NCBI GenBank assembly: GCA_047638715.1
Contig: JBLIMK010000006.1
Coordinates: forward strand, 2,617 to 66,616
Source of the DNA: Verrucomicrobiales bacterium
GTDB taxonomy: Bacteria > Actinomycetota > Acidimicrobiia > Acidimicrobiales > SHLQ01
Reading direction: 5' to 3'
DNA: 64,000 bases
Shown here in pieces: positions 34,210 through 41,196 of the stretch. Numbering within the stretch: the stretch's first letter is position 1; each line of letters begins with the position of its first letter. The notes below the pieces were generated by a model. It did not search any database. It saw only the letters and a list, made by a program, of their open reading frames with translations, and was not told where the DNA came from. The position numbers were made by a program, and so were the translations under genes.

Positions 34210-35256
34210 TCACCCACGCAGTACGATTTTAGGCGACATCAGCGCCAACTTCCACTCCTCGGCTACCTGCGTCCGAGCCGTGGTTGCAGCCTGCTGCACA
34301 GGTATCCCCTGCGTATCGATCACCGCGTCGATTGCCGCTACCCATTCCTCGGTCGACTCGTGCCCGACCTCGATCAAACCGGGCCAGTCGCTGCCGAGGT
34401 ATTCCTCGACGAACTGGGTCCGGATCCCCACGACCGGGGTTCCCACTTCCATTGCTCGTAGAGCCACGCCGCTCTGGTAGTACTTCCGATACGGAATCAA
34501 AACCACGCGGGCATCACCGAGCAGTTTCGTGACATCGGCCTCGTCTACGAATCGGTCGTCGATGTCCCACCCGCCGATCGCCGGCCACCCACGCCCAACA
34601 ATTCGTGTCGTTCGCCCACACGCCCGTAGCTGAGGGCCGAGCTTCGCGAGGAGGTCGAGGTCTCGAGCTGGTTTGAATTGGCCGAAGACAAGTACATCGA
34701 GAGATCGCTCGGTCGGACAGTCCTTCTCTGGGAGTATTGGATGAGGAAGAACATCGAGTTTCCCGAGACCTAAGAGTTCCGCCTCATCCCGAGCAGCATC
34801 GGTGTGGACGAGCCAACTATGCCGGTCGGAAGTTCCGAGATCGAGCGTCCCAATTGCGCGTTTGGAATAGCCGAACTGACGGCGCAGCGGTCGGACGTCA
34901 TGGAGGATCGTCTGCACAGGAGCTCTGGGGCGCAGGAGGCGCCAGAGAAGAGCATCAAAATAGCCAAAGGTTGGCCACACGCTGATTATGCAATCCACAT
35001 CGGTTCGCCGGGCCGCCGAACGAGCACTCCGAATGAATTTCAGCGCCTGGCGAACCCGATCCACATTTCCGGATCCGGCGGGCATTTCAGTCGAGCCCGT
35101 GGCGATATCAACAACGGTGATGCCACCGTTCAGCTGAAGATTGTCGGTCAGTGCTCTCTGGAAGTGAGCGAGCGCGTTCGGGAGCGGATTGACGATTCCT
35201 ACTCGCACGACGTCTCCGCATTCACGGGTGCGGCACGTCGGAGACTTCGCGACCAT
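34210..35256 (-). CDS. Glycosyltransferase (GT-B fold, GT4-like)
   Basis: C-terminal VVLIPYRKYYQSGVALRAMEVGTPVVG resembles the GT1/GT4 nucleotide-sugar binding region. It is the first gene of the minus-strand polysaccharide operon. Confidence 0.7.
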   Translation of the reverse strand: MVAKSPTCRTRECGDVVRVGIVNPLPNALAHFQRALTDNLQLNGGITVVDIATGSTEMPAGSGNVDRVRQALKFIRSARSAARRTDVDCIISVWPTFGYFDALLWRLLRPRAPVQTILHDVRPLRRQFGYSKRAIGTLDLGTSDRHSWLVHTDAARDEAELLGLGKLDVLPHPILPEKDCPTERSLDVLVFGQFKPARDLDLLAKLGPQLRACGRTTRIVGRGWPAIGGWDIDDRFVDEADVTKLLGDARVVLIPYRKYYQSGVALRAMEVGTPVVGIRTQFVEEYLGSDWPGLIEVGHESTEEWVAAIDAVIDTQGIPVQQAATTARTQVAEEWKLALMSPKIVLRG

Positions 35257-35790
35257 TTGGTGGCGAACGTCCAGTTGTCATGCAACAGAGAATTTTCACG
35301 CATACAGAAAAACTTCGATCCGATCCGAGAAGTGGTTCGAACAAAATGGTACGCAGAGTAGTGCCGCCGAAGATATAAGCCCTCTGACTCACCAACAGTA
35401 GGCGCCGTTAGATCAGTCGTCTATTTTTGTGGGATTTGGACCCTAAATCGCCGATTTGACGGCTGCACCCAACGCCGAATTTGATGTCGTTATGGAGAAG
35501 CGACGACCAGAACATTCCGCTGCATGTAGAAGATCTGGTTCGTCGTGCGTTTGTGAGTTCAGCGACGTCTTCACCGATGCCCCCTCACAGGCGTCGATCC
35601 GCTCGTGGGTTCGATCCATCTTTCGACGACGCACCGATCACCCGCTTCCTCGTCTGCCAAGGTTCGAGGACGTCGTGGCCTCGCCGAACGACAGCACGCC
35701 GCTGCCAGTGGACATCGACCTGACGAAGACGCCCGAAGAGCAGTCCCAGGATCTATCTCGTCCCCTCGAAGCCGGCTAAAACGCGGCAAA

Positions 35791-35826
35791 GCCGCCAGTC
35801 AAAGCGTGTAACGCTTGACGAGCGGC
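35791..35826 (-). terminator. Candidate intrinsic terminator downstream of the peroxidase gene
   Basis: Imperfect hairpin GCCGCCAGTCAAAGCG-TGTAA-CGCTTGACGAGCGGC. On the minus strand it is followed by the U-rich TTTGCCGCGTTTTA. Confidence 0.45.
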
Positions 35827-35847
35827 TCTACCTAGAGGGCGGCTTTT

Positions 35848-35871
35848 GCGGGAGGCCCGAGGGCCTCCCGC
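35848..35871. terminator. Perfect GC-rich hairpin (10-bp stem)
   Basis: GCGGGAGGCC-CGAG-GGCCTCCCGC, 32 nt beyond the peroxidase stop codon. There is a T4 run on the plus-strand 5' side only, so directionality is unclear. Confidence 0.4.
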
Positions 35872-35902
35872 AGGAGTCGCAATTACTGCTTCAACTAGCG
35901 GG

Positions 35903-36862
35903 TTATGGCAACTCGCAGTTGAAGACCGTGTCGACACCTGCATCGGTGATGCAGGTGTCATTCGCTTGAGGGCCACCGTTTACGGTGTCTGCGACACCGT
36001 CGTTGGCAATGATGGTGTCATCGCCACCGAAGCCGATCAAGAGATCGGCTCCGAGACCTCCGTCGATGGTGTCGTTACCAAGCTGGAGCACGTTGCCGTC
36101 TCCGAAGATCTGGTCAGCGTCGACGCCACCGGTGATGTTGTCATCGCCAGAACCAGCATTGATGATGTTGAGTCCAGACGGATCGACAATCGTGTCTTGG
36201 TCCTCGTTGCCCCAAATCCGGTCATCTCCGGCGCCGCCATCGATGCTGTCGTTGCCGAATTGTCCGAAGAGGAGGTCATTGCCACCGTTTCCGAAGATGA
36301 TGTCGGCTCCCGTGATGCCGTAGATGATGTCGCCATCAGCACCGCCACTCAGGAAGTCGTCTCCAGGGCCACCATTGATGATGTCCGCACCAGCGTCACC
36401 GTTGATGGTGTCGATGCCGTCGAGGCCGATGATGAGGTCCATACCTGGACCACCAGTGATCGTGTCGTTGCCGCCCTGACCAAAGATGTCGTCATCGCCA
36501 GCACCGCCGTCGATGACGTCACTGTCGGGACCACCGTTGAGGATGTCAGCGCCATCGCCACCGGTGATGTTGTCGGCGCCAGTGCCAGCAACGATCGTGT
36601 CGAGGCCAGGGCCTCCGTGAAGCTCATCGTCGCCCGCAAGGCCGAAGATGGAGTCATCACCAAGACCACCGAAGGCAACGTCGTTGCCTGGGCCTGTGTT
36701 GATGGTGTCGTTGCCACCTTCGCCACAGATGGTGTCGTTGCCCCCGAGGGACACGATCACTTCACCAGCAGAAGTACCGAGGATGACATCGTCACCACCG
36801 GTTGCCTCGTTACCTGGACCAACCGGCAGCGACATATCGAATGTCACGAGCAGGCCATTACA
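35903..36862 (-). repeat. Cys-bracketed RTX module, copy A (inverted with respect to 43033-43980)
   Basis: A 319-codon module from RCNGLLVTF to NCELP. The last ~212 codons align without gaps to the protease tail, at roughly four-fifths identity by manual alignment, and nucleotide similarity is visible. Confidence 0.85.
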
Positions 36863-39800
36863 TCGCACTCCCGTGATGAAATCACCATCGGTGAAGCGCA
36901 GGATCTCGATGTTGCGGAGCGTGTCCATACCATCATCGAGGTTTCCGTCTTGGTTTGCACCGTCTCCACGGGCGTGCTCGACGATAATTCGGTCACCCAC
37001 GAAGGTGACGTCGTAGTCGGTCTGCGGTCCCTGGAAGATGGCGACATCGACGTCGCCGCCTGGGCCTGGATCGACGATTTCACGCACGATCTGGATTTCT
37101 CCGGGATCGAGAGTTCCAGCGAAGATCGCAGCCTGCATATCGAGTGCCGCATCCCAACGAGTACCACCGTTGCTCGGGGTACCACCGGTGATCGCTGGTG
37201 ATGGGTGCCACAGGTAGACATCGAGGAAGACGTCGCCGTCGATGATGTCGTTCTGGCCTCGACCCTCGATGAGGTCGCTGCCTGCTCCGCCGAGGATGAT
37301 GTTGCCGTCCTCGAACAGCGTGGTACCGGCTGGCAGCACATCGACAAGACCATCGAACAGTGCGATAGCAGTGGTGTCGAGCGACTGAAGTCCAAGCGCA
37401 GGAACACCCTGTGAATCATCACCCTTCAACTGATCAGCGCCAGGAGTACCCGAGATACCCTCGACCGCTGCGAAACGATCGTCCTGGAATGGTGGTGGGA
37501 GAAGCAGCGTCTGGTTCAAGTCAGCGCCCTCGGCAAGAATCACCCAGTCGAAGCCCTTCAGGCCTTCGAACCGGTCGATACCAGGGCTTTCCTTGAACAC
37601 ATCGTGTCCACCCTCACCATGCATGCGGTCGTCGCCGCCTTGTCCATCCATAACATCGTTGCCGCCGAAGGCACTGAGTTCGAGTGGGTCGAAGTCGTCA
37701 GCCTGAATATCGGCTGCACCTCCACCACCCTCGATCCAGTCGTCGCCTTCGCCACCGATCAGCACTGCTGCATTGAAGCCGCCGTGCAGGATGTCGTTGC
37801 CAGGTCCTGCGAGGGTCTCGTTGAGATCCGCACCGGAAAGGATGTAGTCAGCGCCGGGTCCACCCTGGAGCAGGTTCTCACCTGGGCCACCAGAGATGGC
37901 ATCGTCGCCAGGACCACCCTTGATGTCATCATCGCCGGACGAGTCCGTAATGATGTCATCGCCGAGGCCGCCGACGATGTTATCGCCACCGCCGCCGCCT
38001 TCGATACGGTCGTCGCCGTCGTTGCCACGAATCGTGTCATCGCCGTCGCCAGACTCGAGGACGTCGTTCGCAGGCGAACCGATCCAGTTGGTGTGCTCGT
38101 CTCCGGCCACACCATCTGCAATGGCTTGTGCGCTGAGAGTGCCTGGACCAAACTTGACGTTTCCGTTTGCCTCGCGGGCAAGAAGGTCCGTCTCGTCGTA
38201 GGTCGTCGCAGGATCATCCACGATCCCCGTGGGGTTCGTCTGTGCGTTCATGTCGAACGTGAAATCTGGACGACTGAACACGTTTGCCGGCAAACCTTCA
38301 GCCGTGGTGTTGCGCTGAGCCAACTCGGACAACGAGTTGCCTTCCATCTGCGCAAGCAAGTTCGTTCCGGCTAGACGCCAGAGGTAGTAGAACCTGTCGC
38401 CGTCCTGAAGGTTCTCCATCTGCGTCTTGAAGATGAAGTCGAACGTGGTACCGAGCATTGCGCCGGTATCAAATTCGAGCTTCTCCGCAAGGCCACCCAT
38501 CCAGAGATCCACGTTGTCGAGGCCACCCTTGTCGCCATCGTATGGCGCAGCAGCGCTGAGGAAGTCGGCGGTGTCTGCAGGAGCGGCAAGGCCGCCATTG
38601 ATCATCGCGTCAGCGAGTGACCGACGTGAGGACATCGTTCCAACACCCGAACCATCATCGAATGTCGCGAGGTCTGCATGCGTGCCATAGGCAGCAATGA
38701 AGTTCACGATCGAGTCAGGGTTCTTGAGCTCGAACCGGAAGTCGGCCCAGTTGTCATACGGAGCAAGGTCCGGACGAAGTCCGTTTGCCCAGAATGTCTC
38801 ACGGACCGTGTTCAAACGCGCAACGCCGTTGTCACGACCACGTGCGATGTTGATCGCAGGAAGGTCGAGCGGAAGACCAAGAAGGTTATTCCGCAGCGCT
38901 TCGGTGATGAACTCGTCAATTTCCTGTCCAACCTGTGTCACGCCACCACGCCAAAGCTGACCAGCAGCTTCTTCGGGAAGGATCGAGGCGCCGAGTGAAT
39001 CCTTGCGGAATTCGATCGGGTTCACGAATGCGTCGATCAGCGTAAGGCTGTTGTCGGTGCCATCAGCCTCGAATCGAACGACGTTCTCGTTGAGCATCGA
39101 ATGACCAAAGCGGTACACGGCGTGTGCAAACTCAGCGGAGATCACTGAATTGATCGTCGTGTCGTAGTTGACAAACGCGTGAACCTGCGGGCTGATCGTT
39201 CGAGCGAATTCCTCGAACGCCAAGTGCTGATATTCCATTTCGGTGACAAACTTCGCCGCCTGGAACAGACGTTCACCATTTCCAAATTCGCCAGCAAGTC
39301 GTGCACCGGTGAATTCAGAATCGAGTCCCGCTGCTGTAGCGACGGCAAGGATGTCGTCCACCAAACGGTTGTGCTCAGCATGGAACACGTGGTGAATCGA
39401 AGTCAGGACGAGGTTCTCGTTTGCACGGCCGTCACCAGCAATGAAGTGAGCGCCAAGCATCTCATCGTCGTAGGTGCAGGGATCGCCATCGTCTCCGAAG
39501 AGGCCTTCCGCACCAAGATCGAGGTCAGCGGTCTGTGCGACCTCTGGTGTGCCTGGGTTCATGTCAGCATCGCAAGTACCTGGGTTTGCGTGATGCGCAA
39601 TGTCAAGCACGAAGCCATGACCTGTACGCATTGCATCAACAGGAATAGCGATACCTCCGCCAGCGGTGTTGCCCTCGACGAGACCGCCGGGGGTAACAAT
39701 CTGTGGAAGACCACGAAGCGGTCCAGGAATGAAGTTGCCGTACACGTCGGTCGCGAGGAGCGGCACGTCGTGCAGGTCATGATCTTCAAGCGTGATGCCA

Positions 39801-40873
39801 AGAACGGTGCTGGATTGTGCTTGCACGTTGTCCCAGTTCGACATACCGCCGTCAGCGTGCTCGAGCAAGAAGCCCGTCGACACTGGCAATGGACCAGCGG
39901 TGTAGTCGCGCACGAACACCTGATGTGAAGGATGCGACGTGTAGGTCTGGTTCTGGTCGACGTAAGGAGTCGTCTTGTTCAGCGGATCAGTTCCGTCTTG
40001 TCCACGGCTCAGAACCATGAAGTTGGTTTGACCACCCGGGACGAACAGAGGATCGTCCGCATTTAGCGGCATGTAGATCGGAGCACCGTTCTTCGTCGTG
40101 AGGTCGAGACCGTGATCGAAGAACTGACCGAAGTACGTCAACATGTCGTTGAACGGAGCCGAAAGTCCGCCATCGGGTGCGGAGTTTTCGATGTTGATGA
40201 GGCCACCTGGATGCACGGTGATGCCATCTGGCAGCAGTGCGGGGACTCCACCGGGATGACCAGCGACAACCGGGTTGCCCGTCGTCTGATCGGAGATCAA
40301 GTTACTGATCGTTCGAGGCGTGCTGTCCTGCACCCATAGACCAGCGCCGGGGTTGGCGTATGTGGTCAGCGCACCATTTACATTCGGTGGCGGTGGAGGG
40401 AATGGAAGAGCGAGCACTTCGGCATCCACAAAGGACGGCGCTATGAGCTCTTCAAATGGTTGATCGGCTGCGCCCCAAGTCTCGTTGCCAACAAACAAGT
40501 TGTTGCAGGTACCGTCGAGTACACGAAGGCCAAGGGGTTGGGTCAAGTCGCCTTGCGGGACCTGGTTTGGACCGTTGCCGATAAGAGTTGCGCATGGATT
40601 TGCGGGCGTCGACGTCTGCACATGCGCTTCTGAAACCCGGATCTGCTGGAGAATAAACTCCACGTCTTGCCCGGTGATGGTGAAGTCCGCACCGATAGGA
40701 GCGGCTGCATCGCCGTTCCCGACGAAGTCGAACCCTTCCCATGGTTGGCGCTCGGTTTGCGCCGATGCCCCCGTCGCGAGCACTGGCACAAATAGTGCCA
40801 ATGCTGCGAGGAGCCCGATGCTTCGCAGCCAATGACGACGAAGCCCTCCACTTGTTGAATTCATAATGTCCAC
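35903..40873 (-). CDS. Secreted animal-type haem peroxidase fused to RTX calcium-binding repeats (peroxicin-like)
   Basis: Signal peptide (LRSIGLLAALALFVPVLATGASA). Peroxidase-cyclooxygenase motifs YFGQFFDHGLD (distal His), GDGRANENLVLTSIHHVFHAEHNRL and AVYRFGHSMLN (proximal His). Two blocks of GGxGxDxxx nonapeptides, ending NDTCITDAGVDTVFNCELP. The ATG at 40864 has the better SD (GGTGGA) than GTG 40873. Confidence 0.92.
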   Translation of the reverse strand: MDIMNSTSGGLRRHWLRSIGLLAALALFVPVLATGASAQTERQPWEGFDFVGNGDAAAPIGADFTITGQDVEFILQQIRVSEAHVQTSTPANPCATLIGNGPNQVPQGDLTQPLGLRVLDGTCNNLFVGNETWGAADQPFEELIAPSFVDAEVLALPFPPPPPNVNGALTTYANPGAGLWVQDSTPRTISNLISDQTTGNPVVAGHPGGVPALLPDGITVHPGGLINIENSAPDGGLSAPFNDMLTYFGQFFDHGLDLTTKNGAPIYMPLNADDPLFVPGGQTNFMVLSRGQDGTDPLNKTTPYVDQNQTYTSHPSHQVFVRDYTAGPLPVSTGFLLEHADGGMSNWDNVQAQSSTVLGITLEDHDLHDVPLLATDVYGNFIPGPLRGLPQIVTPGGLVEGNTAGGGIAIPVDAMRTGHGFVLDIAHHANPGTCDADMNPGTPEVAQTADLDLGAEGLFGDDGDPCTYDDEMLGAHFIAGDGRANENLVLTSIHHVFHAEHNRLVDDILAVATAAGLDSEFTGARLAGEFGNGERLFQAAKFVTEMEYQHLAFEEFARTISPQVHAFVNYDTTINSVISAEFAHAVYRFGHSMLNENVVRFEADGTDNSLTLIDAFVNPIEFRKDSLGASILPEEAAGQLWRGGVTQVGQEIDEFITEALRNNLLGLPLDLPAINIARGRDNGVARLNTVRETFWANGLRPDLAPYDNWADFRFELKNPDSIVNFIAAYGTHADLATFDDGSGVGTMSSRRSLADAMINGGLAAPADTADFLSAAAPYDGDKGGLDNVDLWMGGLAEKLEFDTGAMLGTTFDFIFKTQMENLQDGDRFYYLWRLAGTNLLAQMEGNSLSELAQRNTTAEGLPANVFSRPDFTFDMNAQTNPTGIVDDPATTYDETDLLAREANGNVKFGPGTLSAQAIADGVAGDEHTNWIGSPANDVLESGDGDDTIRGNDGDDRIEGGGGGDNIVGGLGDDIITDSSGDDDIKGGPGDDAISGGPGENLLQGGPGADYILSGADLNETLAGPGNDILHGGFNAAVLIGGEGDDWIEGGGGAADIQADDFDPLELSAFGGNDVMDGQGGDDRMHGEGGHDVFKESPGIDRFEGLKGFDWVILAEGADLNQTLLLPPPFQDDRFAAVEGISGTPGADQLKGDDSQGVPALGLQSLDTTAIALFDGLVDVLPAGTTLFEDGNIILGGAGSDLIEGRGQNDIIDGDVFLDVYLWHPSPAITGGTPSNGGTRWDAALDMQAAIFAGTLDPGEIQIVREIVDPGPGGDVDVAIFQGPQTDYDVTFVGDRIIVEHARGDGANQDGNLDDGMDTLRNIEILRFTDGDFITGVRCNGLLVTFDMSLPVGPGNEATGGDDVILGTSAGEVIVSLGGNDTICGEGGNDTINTGPGNDVAFGGLGDDSIFGLAGDDELHGGPGLDTIVAGTGADNITGGDGADILNGGPDSDVIDGGAGDDDIFGQGGNDTITGGPGMDLIIGLDGIDTINGDAGADIINGGPGDDFLSGGADGDIIYGITGADIIFGNGGNDLLFGQFGNDSIDGGAGDDRIWGNEDQDTIVDPSGLNIINAGSGDDNITGGVDADQIFGDGNVLQLGNDTIDGGLGADLLIGFGGDDTIIANDGVADTVNGGPQANDTCITDAGVDTVFNCELP

Positions 40874-40994
40874 CCGCTTGCTTGGATTGCCCTCGATGAT
40901 TTACCAAGAGTCCGAAGCGCAGAAGAATCCCGCTGGCGTACACAAAGACAGGTGTGCTGTCCATTGCGTTCGCCCGCGGATGCCCTCAGCACCT

Positions 40995-41092
40995 ACTAAA
41001 ACAAGAATGTAGAACGTATTCCCACCATACGTCAATTTAAAATAACTAAAGGCCACCGTGCGCGCTACCGATACTAAATCTTCACTAAATCT
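40995..41092. promoter_or_regulatory. AT-rich divergent control region with four ACTAAA hexamers
   Basis: ACTAAA occurs at 40995, 41045, 41073 and 41084. The last two are ACTAAATCT direct repeats offset by 11 bp. This is the lowest-GC stretch of the peroxidase/protease intergenic region. Confidence 0.4.
41008..41016. promoter_or_regulatory. TGTAGAACG box (copy 1 of 3)
   Basis: The same GTAGAACG octamer recurs at 48199 and 50713, each time upstream of an RTX-enzyme transcription unit. Confidence 0.35.
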
Positions 41093-41107
41093 GCGCTCTC
41101 TGTGAGA

Positions 41108-41115
41108 TCACGTGA
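41108..41115. promoter_or_regulatory. Perfect palindrome TCACGTGA
   Basis: 8-bp palindrome about 80 nt upstream of the protease start codon. Confidence 0.25.
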
Positions 41116-41196
41116 CAATCGGGTCATTCGAACCCCTTTCGCCACTGATCGTTGCACGTCTACCCTTAAAGCACACGAAGGGTGAGGTGTTGGGAT

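Noticed and set aside
35600-35625. tRNA T-loop-like string GGGTTCGATCC (also GGTTCGAAC near 35337)
   Set aside because: The flanks do not form a T-stem, acceptor stem or anticodon arm, so it is not a tRNA or tmRNA.
35456-35779. 107-aa TTG-initiated ORF in the spacer upstream of locus I
   Set aside because: Codon bias is coding-like only in its 3' half. There is no SD and no recognisable motif, and a competing frame looks equally plausible in the 5' half. It is mentioned under findings rather than called as a gene.
35903-36900. Regular ~27-nt periodicity that could suggest a CRISPR-like or tandem-repeat array
   Set aside because: The periodicity is the 9-codon RTX nonapeptide inside a long ORF. 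There are no conserved direct repeats separated by unique spacers, no leader and no cas genes.
35846-37201. 451-aa plus-strand ORF, and many other 60-290-aa ORFs across 35.9-38.4, 43.0-44.5, 46.1-46.6 and 48.4-49.2 kb, rich in D/V/T/S/P
   Set aside because: These are antisense or alternate-frame shadows of the GGxGxDxxx-coding DNA. The periodic GC-rich repeat keeps several frames open. The frames carrying the peroxidase, protease, SGDH and CRTAC1 proteins have clear homology motifs and signal peptides, and the shadow ORFs have none.
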